A program made the position numbers and the translations under genes. This document shows, in pieces, positions 1-11,410 of a stretch of 64,000 bases of DNA. The notes under the pieces were generated by a model. That model searched no databases, was not told the origin of the DNA, and saw only the letters and a program-made list of their open reading frames with translations. The first letter of the stretch is position 1. Each line of letters starts with the position of its first letter. Source of the DNA: Haliotis rubra (taxonomy: Eukaryota); contig NW_025766392.1 in assembly GCF_003918875.1 (NCBI RefSeq), forward strand, positions 682,001 through 746,000, in the 5' to 3' direction.

Positions 1-1269
1 TCACAACTACGAGACGCCATTAACAATGATGTTCAGATGAAACAACTGAGGACAACCATCCTCAATGGTTGGCCAGATTCCAGAAGCGAATGTCCAGAAA
101 GCATCATCGAATACTGGAATCATCGGGACCAACTTACCGCCATGGATGGTCTCATATTCAAAGGGAAAAATCATCATTCCCAAAGGCCAGAGATCCGAGC
201 TCCTCCAGAAGATCCACTCCAGTCACTTCGAATGGAGAAGTGCAAAGAACGAGCCCGTGACATTCTATTCTGGCCCGGCATGAACGCAGAGATTGAAGCT
301 GCAGTTGCCAATTGTACAGTATGCTGTGAGAAACAGAGATCAAACAGCAAGGAACCACTACAGCCACATGAAATACCATGCCGCGTCCCTGGCAGAAGGT
401 GTGTGCAGACCTGTTCACTTGGAACAACAAAGAGTACATCGTTCTGGCTGACTACTACAGTCGTTTCTTCGAAATAGACCAGCTCAGAAGCCTGTCTTCA
501 TCAGCAGTGATCCGCAAGTTATCCGTCAACTTTGCACGTCATGGGATCCCTGAAATCCTGATGAGTGACAACGGTCCACAATTTGCATCAGCTGAATTTG
601 CAGACTTCGCCAGCAGATGGGACTTCAAACATATTACATCAAGCCCCAGATATCCTCAGTCCAATGGACTAGCTGAAAAGTGTGTGCAAATATCGAAGAA
701 CATTCTGGACAAAACATACAAGGATGGCATTGATCCACTCCTTGCACTGCTAGAATATCGGACAACACCAGTTGACAACTTGGCTTCGCGCGCAACTTCT
801 GATGAGCCGACGTCTGCGGTCAGTGCTTCCCACCACTGGCAAACAACTTCAGCCCAAAGTTGTCGAACCTGCCGATGTGTGTGCAAGACGCGAACAAGTT
901 CAGTCCCGTCAGAAACTGTTCTATGACCGAGCCGCCAGGAATCTGCCACCGCTTCAAATGAATGACAGTATCTATTTGCAGACCGCTGACAAAACCTGGA
1001 AGCCAGCCCAGATCACCAGAGTAGATCCAAATCGCTCATACCAAGTGCAGACAGCAGATGGTGCCCAATATCAACGCAACAGGCGCCACCTAAAACACAC
1101 ACCAATGAGAAACCCCAGCAGCAATACCGATGATACACCAACGGACTTGACATCAGTGCCACTCCAGAAGGTGACAGCATCAACATCGTCCAAACCAACA
1201 CCGTCCAAACCAATGACTGTTACCAGATCTGGAAGAGTCGTAAGAGCTCCTCAAAAGTTGAACCTATAG
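1..1269 (+). mobile_element. pol: Gypsy (Ty3) LTR retrotransposon pol 3' end: zinc-binding and rve integrase domains, frameshifted
   Basis: ORF pieces 37-477, 378-926 and 772-1269 join into GWP...YWNHRDQL, H..H...EKCKERAR..FWPGM...NCTVC (H2C2), PWQKVCADLF, DYYSRF, SDNGPQF, HITSSPRYPQSNGLAE (DDE core) and C-terminal TRSGRVVRAPQKLNL. The pieces are linked by single-base frameshifts. Confidence 0.93.
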
Positions 1270-1553
1270 ACTGCAAAGTTACCCTAGTTGATAGTTCTTA
1301 GTTACTCAGTTAGTGTTGTTTAATTTACATGTCATCAGTTCGTGCTTTATCGTTACCAGAAAATATTAACGGACCAGTTGTAGTGATCTTGTTTCTGAAC
1401 TGTGCCAAAGACATCTGGTCCGCCAGTGCCAAGTAACAATACGTGTGAACGCCCACGTGTATCAGTGTTGACATTATATACAAGATATCTTCTCCTATAA
1501 CATTCTGATAGTATAGCATCGATATCCTAGTTGTTATGACAAACATTTTGTTC

Positions 1554-1566
1554 AAAACAAAGGGGA
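1554..1566 (+). other. Polypurine tract of the Gypsy element
   Basis: AAAACAAAGGGGA lies immediately before the TG start of the putative LTR. Confidence 0.75.
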
Positions 1567-1767
1567 TGTAATGTTATGGCCCCAGTGACATATGGGAGAC
1601 AACTCCTGAAGCCTTGAGTGACACAAGCCAACTGGAAGTAGCTAGTTATCTCCCTTGGATCCAAAAAGTATGGACTTACCTCCCCTTAGTAATGGCTGAT
1701 TAAAAAACCTATGTTTAATGCCACTATGTTTGTCATCCAAGAACATCAGCACGTACAGAACATAACA
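1567..1767 (+). mobile_element. 3' LTR (~201 bp) of the Gypsy element
   Basis: Starts TGTAATGTTATG right after the PPT and ends CAGAACATAACA (reverse complement TGTTATGTTCTG, 10/12 match). ATTAAA poly(A)-like signal at 1699-1704. Confidence 0.75.
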
Positions 1768-2235
1768 GGGAGTTTGAAGCGTGCAGCATGAAGACGCTGC
1801 CTGTTTGGTGCGATGAATCTCCTTACAACGACAGAACAGGGAACGGATTAGCCGATGATAGATGTTCCTCGTGCTATTGTCGGTAAAGAAGTACAAGCAT
1901 TTCTTCCCTCCGTGCCAAACATCCGTGATCTACCTAGTAACAATTGCCACGCTTGTCAAAGCTAAAACATAAAATCTTTAGGTGCATTTCTGTCACAAGA
2001 ACGGTTTCTCAAGATATGCGTTTGCGAAATTTATGTCGTGTTTCTGAACCAAAGGGTCCTCGAGAGGCTATGACACCCTTTGTCCCGGCGCCAAAACGCA
2101 CCCGACGTCTGAGTGATCCGAGCAAGCGGGCTGCACGTGATATCACGGTTGTTAATTGTTGTTAAGATATATGATTTTCGGTGCAATAGGCAGGAATATT
2201 GTTATCTAGAAGGTTATCAGTGACGGTGTCGGGAG

Positions 2236-2494
2236 CTAGGTATGCAGCATATATCCTGAAAGAGGTGTGACCAGTACACGTGACATCTGGCATGCGCAGT
2301 GAAAATACAGAACAGTCAAAGTTGTAATTGGCCGATGAATTCGATAAGAATTGATAATTAATCTCAGTTTTCCTGCCAAAAAGATTTCCTACAACACGTG
2401 CTAATGTCTGACCAATAATAAGTCAAGCGTTTATGTAAGTGAACAGCTGAAAAACAAGCTCCTGAAAAGGAACCAGTTAGTAAAGTCAATGCTT
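2236..2494 (+). repeat. Copy 1 of a ~260-bp inverted duplication with promoter-like motifs
   Basis: Near-identical reverse complement at 10122-10383. Contains CACGTG E-boxes, GCATGCGCA and ATTGG/CCAAT motifs. Confidence 0.9.
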
Positions 2495-2665
2495 GAGTGA
2501 GTGAGTAAGTGAGTTTAGTTTTACGCCGCTTTTAGCAATATTCCCGCAATATCACGGCAGGGAACACCAGAAATGGGCTTCACACGTTTTACCCATGTGG
2601 GGTGTCGAACCCGAGTGGTCGGCTTGAAGAGCGTACGCTTTAACCACAAGGCTACTCCATCGCCC
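2495..2665 (-). mobile_element. tRNA-derived SINE family A (~170 bp)
   Basis: A/B-box head and tail GCTAAAAGCGGCGTAAAACTAAACTCACT on the minus strand. Flanked by the imperfect TSD AAGTCAA(T/C)G(C/A)TTGA. Confidence 0.88.
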
Positions 2666-2712
2666 AAGTCAACGATTGAATAGTGTCGGGTTCAATTCGT
2701 TCAAGAGTCGGA

Positions 2713-3069
2713 GACCGCCTCCGTGGTGTAGTGGTTAGAGCGTCTGCCCGGAGAGCGGAAGGTCGCGGGTTCGATCCCCGACCGCGTCATACCAAAAGAC
2801 GTTAAAATATGGCACTTGTTGGTCCCTGTCTGGCGCTCGGCATTGATGGGTACAACAAGGACTGGTCGGCTCGGAGTCAGTATATTGTGTCTGAGTGGGG
2901 TATTCATGCTTCACTGCGGCTTGGTATCTCAGTGGGCTAGCACTATAAAACCAGCTTCAGTCTGGGCTAGTTCAAGCAGCCGCACCTACATATACACACG
3001 CATGCACGTCGTCATATGAGCGAAATATTCTCCAGCGCGACGTTAAACCCAATTTCACTTGCCTCATCC
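2713..3069 (+). mobile_element. tRNA-headed SINE family C with Meta/MESC-type central domain
   Basis: tRNA-like head (GTGGTGTAGTGG...GGTTCGATCCC), body GTCATACCAAAAGACGTTAAAATATGG...TGGCGCTCGGCATT, exact 11-bp TSD CAAGAGTCGGA (2702-2712, 3070-3080). Confidence 0.88.
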
Positions 3070-3305
3070 CAAGAGTCGGAAAAAAATGTTCCTACAAATT
3101 GTATATTTCTCTGACCGTTAGAGCATTGGTAGCGCAGGGCGCATTTCGAGTTGTGTCCCTTTGAATAGCATGTTGTTAGTTCGAACCCAGTATTCACCAT
3201 GATTATAATTGGTACGACCATACCCATTAACAAAACATATAAACGTCTAAGTCACTAATACCTCCTAAGTTAAGCTGACACGCCATGATAAAATACATAC
3301 TGCCC

Positions 3306-3551
3306 TACCCGTGAACATCCGGGTTAGAATATTGATCTTCAGTAACCCATGCTTGTCGTGAGAGTCAACTAACGGGATCGGGTGTTCAGGCTCGCTTACT
3401 TGGTTGACTCATATCATCGGTTCCCAATTGCGCATATCGATGCTCATGCTGTTGATCACTGGATTGTCTGATCCAGACTCGCTTATTTATAGACCGCCGC
3501 CATATAGCTGGAATATTGCTGAATGCGGCGTAAAACTAAACTCACTCACTC
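3306..3551 (+). mobile_element. Short non-autonomous retroposon family B (no tRNA head, tail shared with SINE A), full length
   Basis: Starts ACCCGTGAAC/GATCCGGGTTAGAAT, contains CTTGTCGT..GAG..ACTAACGGG, ends GCTGGAATATTGCTGA..GCGGCGTAAAACTAAACTCACTCACTC. Exact TSD ACATACTGCCC. Confidence 0.88.
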
Positions 3552-3759
3552 ACATACTGCCCAAGCCTATATCATTCACTTGAAGCAAACACTCCATGTA
3601 GAGCCTATATTATACCTGTTAAAGTCATGTTTAGTGTTTGTTCAAGGATAGAGTTGATGTTAATATTATTCAACTCAGCTAATTGAGTGAGTGTGTTATA
3701 TAGCTGGAATATTCCTGAGTGCGGAGTAAAACTAAACTCACTCACTCACTCACTCACTC

Positions 3760-4970
3760 ATATTGCGAGCACAATCCAAGTAATTCAGCTATGGTACGTG
3801 TGATGTATACTAGATTCATGTCCTTTGATATTCACCTACATACTTGCCAACACAATCCGGGTCATTCACTATATGTGCCATGTTATTCACCTTCATATTG
3901 CGAGCACAATCCAGGTAATTCAGCTGAGGTGCATGTGATGTATACTTAATCCCTGCCCTTGGGTATTCATCGACATAGTTGCTAGCACTGTCCACATGAT
4001 TCACCATGTGCCATGATGTTCACCTACATACTTGCCAACATAATCCAGGTGATTCACCATGTGCCATGATATTCACCTACATACTTGCCAACATAATCCA
4101 GGTGATTCACCATGTGCCATGATGTTCACCTACATACTTGCCATGATATTCACCTACAACATAATCCAGGTGATTCACCACGTGCCATGATATTCACCTA
4201 CATACTTAACACAACCAGGTGAACACAATCCAGCCAACACAATCCAGATTTCACCACGTGCCATGATATTCACCTACATACTTGCCAACACAATCCAGGT
4301 GATTCACCACGTGCCATGATATTCACCTACATACTTGCCAACACAATCCAGGTGATTCACCACGGCCATGATATTCACCTACATGTGCCATCATATTCAC
4401 CTACTTACCAATACAATCCAGGTGATTCACCATGTGCCATCATATTCACCTACATACCAATACAATCTAGGTGATTCACCACGTGCCGTGATATTCACTT
4501 ACATACTTACCGACACAATCCAGGTGATTCACCATGTGCCATCATATTCACCTACATACTTGCCAACACAATCCAGGTGATTCACCATGTGCCATCATAT
4601 TCACCTACTTACCAATACAATCCAGGTGATTCACCATGTGCCATCATATTCACCTACATACCAATACAATCTAGGTGATTCACCACGTGCCATGATATTC
4701 ACTTACATACTTACCGACACAATCCAGGTGATTCACCACGTGCCATGATATTCACCTACATACTTGCCAACTCAATCCGGGTGATTCACCATGTGCCATG
4801 ATATTCACCTACATACTTGCCAACACAATCCAGCTGATTCACCATGATATTCACCTACATACTTTGCCAACACAATCCAGCTGATTCACCATGTACCATG
4901 ATATTCACTTACATGTACATACTTGCCAACACAATCCAGGTGATTGAGCTCTTGTACATGCGATGTATAC
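3760..4970. repeat. 53-bp minisatellite with degenerate edge units
   Basis: Unit CACCTACATACTTGCCAACACAATCCAGGTGATTCACCAYGTGCCATGATATT repeated with internal deletions. Begins just after a family B tail fragment (3697-3760). Confidence 0.9.
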
Positions 4971-5399
4971 TAACTACTAACGGTGTTCTAAATGTGTTAT
5001 GAATGTTGATCCAAGTGAGTTTGTGCAGTGTCTTCAGTTGGATAAACAAACCGCTAAGTAGTCATTTGATGTTGAAAGCAGGTCTTCTTCTGTCTCAGCC
5101 AAACATTCCTTTCTTGAAGATTCTCAAGGAGGTGGGGTTGTTTGATGTGACTGTACTTGTATATCAAATGTCCACCCACAACGTTAAACAGTCTCTAAAT
5201 GTTAACCTGTAACTTGCGACAAGTAAAAACATAATATCTGATCGACATCGTAGATGATAAAAAGAAAGAGCCGTTATGTTGCGATTGCCATTGTCCACAG
5301 TTTTTGAAGTGTGGGTTGTGAGATCGCTGTGTCAAATCTGGCAATTTTCAAAACAAGGAACGTTATATTGGTAATCAAAACGTAAATGATCATGGAGTT

Positions 5400-5800
5400 A
5401 TTCCATCACATCACCCACTCCGTCAACATCAGCTATGTCATCTACATCACCCACGTCGTCAACATCAAGAAACGTAATCATCGACGTCATGAGCATCACC
5501 CAAGCTGTCAACATCAACAACGTCCTCGCCATCACACACTGCCAGCATCGCCCACGCCGTCAACATCATTCACGCCGCCAACATCCCCAGTTTCTCAACA
5601 TTAACAACGTCTTCACCATCACACACTGCAACATCACCCACGCCGTCAACACCAGTTTGTCAGCATCACCAAAGTAATCATCCACGTTAACACAACTTCT
5701 CGACATCAAACATCACCCACGTCATTAACACCACCCACATCACCTGCGTCGTCAACGTCACCTACATCTCCCACATCACTGCATCGCCCATACAACTCAC
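5400..5800. repeat. Degenerate CAT/CAC/CAA low-complexity repeat
   Basis: Repeated CATCACCCAC..GTCAA motifs. Confidence 0.75.
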
Positions 5801-7782
5801 TCAACCTCCATCTCAAACGGATTACAACCTCATCTAAATAACGACACGTATTAATGAATCTCCCAATACCCAGAACGCGTGGAATGTTAACATTGTCCTT
5901 TTTCTGGTGATATTTGTTACTCTTGTTGTGTGTTTTTTCTATCAAATGTACAAATTCTTGACATAATGAATTTATATCGAATATCAGTATAGCCATTGCC
6001 ATTTAAACGTGCACATAACACACCACCCTACCGTTGTGCAGTAGATAAACATGTGCAACACGCAACAACGCAACTAAATATTTGGATATAGCCAATTGTG
6101 AATACATCTGATAGCCAACTGTTTTCTTAAGCAAATTCTGTCCCATTAATACCCTAATACCTGAAAACACCGTCCATGATAGAATCGGTCGATTTGTGTG
6201 GTGAATATCGTTTCTCGTGATAAGGGTACATAAAACACTAATATTGGTAAGTCGATACCTAGACAATATGTGGATATTTACAGATATTTATCACCGTTAT
6301 GAGCCGGAGAAGATTAGTCTGCCTTTGATACGGCTAATACACTGCAGACGGTTCTGCTCCGAGCGCCGTAGTTTATTTTACTGAGGCGACCGTACAGGAA
6401 GGAGCGCGACCTATGAGAAGTGTATGGAGCTTTGATGTGTGCAATAAAAAGCCCAATTATTTGTGAAGAAGACAGCTTGGGACTTAATGTAGAGAACGTA
6501 AATGATAGACATAAAAAAATTCATTACTTTTTCATATTTATTTTCTATTCCCTTTATTCATAGTTCATATTACTGTTTATTGTGGTTAACGGCGTGAGAG
6601 AGGGATGGATCTCTGAGACAGCACCGATACACGTGTTGTCTGCTACAATGAGATGAAAGTTAGTCATTAGGGATATGTTGTTGACTTCTTCCAGAAGATA
6701 TTATTTTGTCTCTTTATATTTATTTCGTTTTCTTGAATACGGATTGGTTTGGAGGTTTCTCTAGCGGGTGGTTGTTATTTTCAGAAGGAAACAGATTTCG
6801 ATGGTAACGTTGATGTTTAAGCGTTGCATGCTCACGGGCGCTTTAATAACGTTTGTTAGATGCATATAAGCAGGCAAGTAGTATCCAATACAAATATTTT
6901 ATTAGCATACAAAACCGTATCTGCTTACATTGTCTTTAAATATTTTCCTGTTTAGTCTTCTTGATGTTTCCGCAGAAAACAAAGCAATGTGTTGGAGATC
7001 CAGATCTGGAGGCTCCGGAACATTCCAGGGAATTAATATCGAATTTCCATCTTCTTCATTTTCTAATAAATTTGTTTGTCACATGTTGCCTAAGAACCAA
7101 TTTCTTCCAGAATGTGTTGGATCATATCAAACATGTTCGCCATGATTTAAAAACGTCTGATGAATTAGGTCCATCCATCACTGTCGGAGCTTTGTGTGAT
7201 CGGACATGAACACATATCCTAACACAGAGCAGAGATAGGTGGGGGAGTGGGTTAAGGGAAGGGAGGCATTATCCAAAATGCAGCATTCTGACTTCAGCCT
7301 TGAGAAACATGTATCTAATGTGCATGATGACAGTTGACCTGTCACTATTTGGCATGTTCGTGCATGTGGCAGTATACGCGCAGCCAAGTTCGCGTGCGTC
7401 ATTCGCGAAACCAGTCGGGAGAAAATTAATCTTAACCTAAACATATTTTTTTATCTAAACATATAACAGCATGATATTTATTTATAAAAAATGCGAAACG
7501 CCATTAATTCGGTACAGATGGAGTTGGTGTTATTTTCAACTGCATTCGTAAGAAAGAGATGTTAAGTAAGATAAATATCCTCTTTGGAATATTTGACGTG
7601 AAATCGAAAGTAAAGTTCTTGTTCTTTTTTAAAATGTCTTCAGATGGAGGTATATAATTGAGATGTATGGGGAATAGATAGAAACAGGATTGATTGCATG
7701 CTAGACCGAAGTCATTTCTACATAAATACAAGGTTACTTCTTCACAATACATGCTTCCTGGTCTTCAATACTGCCGCAGTGG

Positions 7783-8075
7783 GGGGGCAGTGGGGTAGCC
7801 GGGTGGTTAAAGCGTTCGCTCGTCACGCCGAAGGCCCGGGTTCTATTCCCCCCAAGGGTACAGTGTGTGAAACCCACATCTGGTGTCTGAGAGTGTGGGT
7901 TCGAATGGGACGGATGGGACTCAATCCAACAAAAGTACACAGAATCTGTACTTTACTGAGAAAGTGTAATCCCAATTATAACATTTGCTACATTTGACCA
8001 TTTTCTAAATGGCAAAAGTCTTAGAATCTGTACTAGTACTAAAAGTGTAATCCAAAATATAACATTTGTTACAGA
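7783..8075 (+). mobile_element. Truncated SINE A head fused to a fragment of another tRNA-like family (E)
   Basis: SINE A head to about 7888, then CTGAGAGTGTGGGTTCGAAT...GGATGGG matching 37395-37426, then a duplicated ~47-bp segment (AGAATCTGTACT...ATAACATTTG). Confidence 0.65.
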
Positions 8076-9028
8076 AGTCATCTCGCGAGAGACCTTTGGG
8101 AACATTCTGGACTTTCGTCATCGCCAGGGTCCACTTGCACAGAAAACATCTTAGTTCCTGGTTTCAAGGGTTGCAGCGCGTTCTCTTTGAGTGTCAAGGT
8201 TTCTAACAGCTGATCACAGACGCCATCATCTCTTATGAGAATTTAGAAGCAGACCAATCTGATTTTGTGTAGCGATATTTAAACACGTAAAAACCGTGCC
8301 GTGAACCACTTCCATCTTGAGACAAGGAAGTGGAAAAATCTAACTTCTCATCCGAAAAAGAACCCGAAGTGGGTTCCATTAGTTGCCAAGGTGATGGTGT
8401 CGATTCCACCTGATACCTATTGGTAGACAACTACCAAAGAATTTGACAAAATGAGAGAATATCACGGCTAACCGTCTTTGAAAACTAACTAAAGGTGTGT
8501 TATACATATTGAAAATGATCCATATTTTCCACACCCGATTGCCACAAAATGTTATACAGATTGAGAGACAAAGCGTTAGTGTATCTCAGGCCCTGCCGTC
8601 TCAATATAGCTTTTAATCACCCGATTGCCACAAAATGCTATAAACTGCATCGGGTTGTGAATATTAGAATGACCTTTAGTCCCAGAAAATAGCATTATCA
8701 AAAATAACGTTATCTTACATTTAAAATCCGAAATAGCCCAGAACAGTTCTATTTCAGCTTTGTCTATGCTTGTCAATCATTTTAGCCTTGAGCTGGAAAT
8801 TTATCATTTATTCACTAGGACTGGGTAGGAGCAGCTCGGTGACTTAAGGTCGTGTGTCACGTGTCACGTTGGTTGTTGCTCATATCAGTCACTGGTTTGT
8901 CTGGTCCAGACTCGACTATTTACAGAAATACATACAGGCCGCAATATCATTAACGTCACAGTTTTGTTTAGTGGTAGCGAGAACTATCATCTGACTTTAA
9001 CGATTGGTGACTGTGGTGTAAAGCAGTA

Positions 9029-9200
9029 GGGGCGGTGGGGTAGCCTAGTGGTTAAAGCGTTGGCTCGTCACGCCGAAGACCCGGGTTCGAATCCCCACAT
9101 GGGTAAAATGTGTGAAGCCCATTTCTGGTGTCCCCCCGCCGTGATGTTGCTGGAATATTGCTAAAAGCGGCGTAAAACCAAAACTCAGTCAGTCAGTCAG
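9029..9200 (+). mobile_element. SINE family A, full length
   Basis: Near-consensus head and tail. TSD AAGCAGTA. Sits in the tail of a degenerate family B copy (~8820-9020). Confidence 0.9.
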
Positions 9201-9507
9201 TTAAGCAGTAAACAACCCCTTGTTTAAAACTAGCGTTTTACTGTCTCACCAAGCGTTCAACTGATCGATGTGATTCACAAATATGAAGCCACAATGCTTC
9301 TCCTAACGGTTGCCTTGGTTAATGCATATCATCGTTATGCTCATCGATCGATACTCATGCTGTCAATCCTTTGTTATCTGGTCCAGACTCGATTAGCTAC
9401 GGACCGCTATCATATAGCTCGCATATTGCTGAAATAGGGCGGCAAACGTCAATGATACGAGCAGAGTATGACTCTGCATGCATCCCAGTGCAAGTCAAGC
9501 TCCACCA

Positions 9508-9658
9508 GAGGCGGTGGGGTAGCCTACTGGTTAAAGCGTCCCTTCGTCACGCCGAAGAACCGGTTCGATTCCACGCATGAGCCCATTTCTGGTGTCACCC
9601 GCCGTGATATTGCTGGAATATTGTAAAAAGCGGCGTAAAACTAAACCCACTCACTGTC
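9508..9658 (+). mobile_element. SINE family A with internal deletion
   Basis: Head and tail present. Exact 13-bp TSD TCAAGCTCCACCA (9495-9507, 9659-9671). Confidence 0.88.
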
Positions 9659-9951
9659 TCAAGCTCCACCAACAACCACCATAGTAAAGATTGAGCGCAA
9701 AACCTCCAAAACTTCGAGGCCCTAACAAGGCCGACATTGAAGAGGAACACGTTATGTGGATTGACACCTTCTTAATAACTGTGTTAGCGTCTTCACCGAA
9801 ATGTCGCTCCCACTGCATTAGAGAAGTTGTCAATCAAACTTGTTCCTCTTCATCATACCAACTTCTAAAAAATCAGACATGCTTTGTAAAAAACATAAAA
9901 CATTATCTTAGGTTCCACTTTGCTTTAAACTGTTCCTCATGCGACATGTGA

Positions 9952-10122
9952 GGGGCACTGGGGTAGCCAAGTGGTTAAAGCGTTCGCTCGTCACGCCAGA
10001 GACCCGGGTTCGATTCCCCACATGGGTACAATGTAGGAGGCCCATTTCTGGTGTCCCCCGCCGTGATATTGCTGGAATATTGCTAAAAGCGGCGTAAAAC
10101 TAAACTCACTTACTCACTCACT
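9952..10122 (+). mobile_element. SINE family A, full length
   Basis: Consensus head and tail. The tail runs directly into the inverted duplication. No TSD visible. Confidence 0.9.
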
Positions 10123-10383
10123 CAAGCATTGACTTTACTGACTGGTTCCTTTTCAGAAGCTTGTTTTTCAGCTGTTCACTTACATAAACGCTTGACGTAT
10201 TATTGGTCAGACATTAGCACGTGTTGTAGGAAATCGTTTTTGTCAGGAAAACTGAGATTAATTATCAATTCTTATCGAATTCATCGGCCAATTACAACTT
10301 TGACTGTTCTGTATTTTCACTGCGCATGCCAGATGTCACGTGTACTGGTCACACCTCTTTCAGGATATATGCTGCATACCTAG
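10122..10383 (-). repeat. Copy 2 of the ~260-bp inverted duplication
   Basis: Reverse complement of 2236-2494 with only a handful of differences. Ends at CTAG, abutting the 108-bp satellite. Confidence 0.9.
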
Positions 10384-11410
10384 TCATAACCAGGGTATTC
10401 TACCAGAATTACACCACACCGGCAACATATGACTGTGATATAACCAGGATGTACCTCCAGGATAGGAGAACAACTCCAACATGGGACTGTGGTATAACCA
10501 GGATATTCTGCCAGAATTACACCACACCGGCAACATATGACTGTGATATATCCAGGATATACCTCCAGGATAGGAGAACAACTCCAACATGGGACTGTGG
10601 TATAACCAGGATATTCTGCCAGAATTACACCACACCGGCAACATATGACTGTGATATAACCAGGATATACCGCCAGGATAGGAGAACAACTCCAACATAG
10701 GACTGTGGTATAACCAGGGTATTCTACCAGAATTACACCAAACCGGCAACATATGACTGTGATATAACCAGGATTTACCGCCAGGATAGGTGAACACCTC
10801 CAAAATGGGACTGTGGTTTAACCAGGATATTCTGCCAGAATTACACCAAACCGGCAACATATGACTGTGATATAACCAGGATATACCGCCAAGATAGGAT
10901 AGCAACTCCAACATGGGACTGTGGTATAACCAGGGTATTCTACCAGAATTACACCATACCGGCAACATATGATTGTGATATAACCAGGATATACCGCCAG
11001 GATAGGAGAACATCTCCAACATGGGACTGTTGTATAACCAGGATATTCTACCAGAATTACACCAAACCGGCAACATATGACTGTGATATAACCAGGATAT
11101 ACCGCCAGGATAGGAGAACAACTCCAACATGGGACTGTGGTATAACCAGGGTATTCTACCAGAATTACACCACACCGGCAACATATGACTGTGATATAAC
11201 CAGGATATACCGCCAGGATAGGATAACAACTCCAAAATGGGACAGTGGTATAACCAGGGTATTCTACCAGAATTACACCAAACCGGCAACATATGACTGT
11301 GATATAACCAGGATATTCTACCAGAATGACACCACCAATGAGTGTGGTATAACAAGGATATACAGCCAGAATTACAGCAAACCGGCAACATGTGACTATG
11401 ATATAATGAG
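10384..11410. repeat. 108-bp dimeric (2 x 54 bp) tandem repeat, ~9 units
   Basis: Alternating subunits TAACCAGGATATACCGCCAGGATAGGAGAACAACTCCAACATGGGACTGTGGTA and TAACCAGGRTATTCTRCCAGAATTACACCAMACCGGCAACATATGACTGTGATA. Confidence 0.93.

Noticed and set aside
5834-5893. Minus-strand peptide FWVLGDSLIR resembling a GDSL/SGNH or aspartic-protease WILGD motif
   Set aside because: Only a 19-codon ORF with no supporting downstream motifs, so it is likely chance.
9029-9100. tRNA genes (heads at 2713, 9029, 20162, 37336, 54551, 61621 and others)
   Set aside because: A/B boxes are present, but each continues into a SINE body or tail with TSDs and lacks a proper acceptor stem. They are SINE heads.
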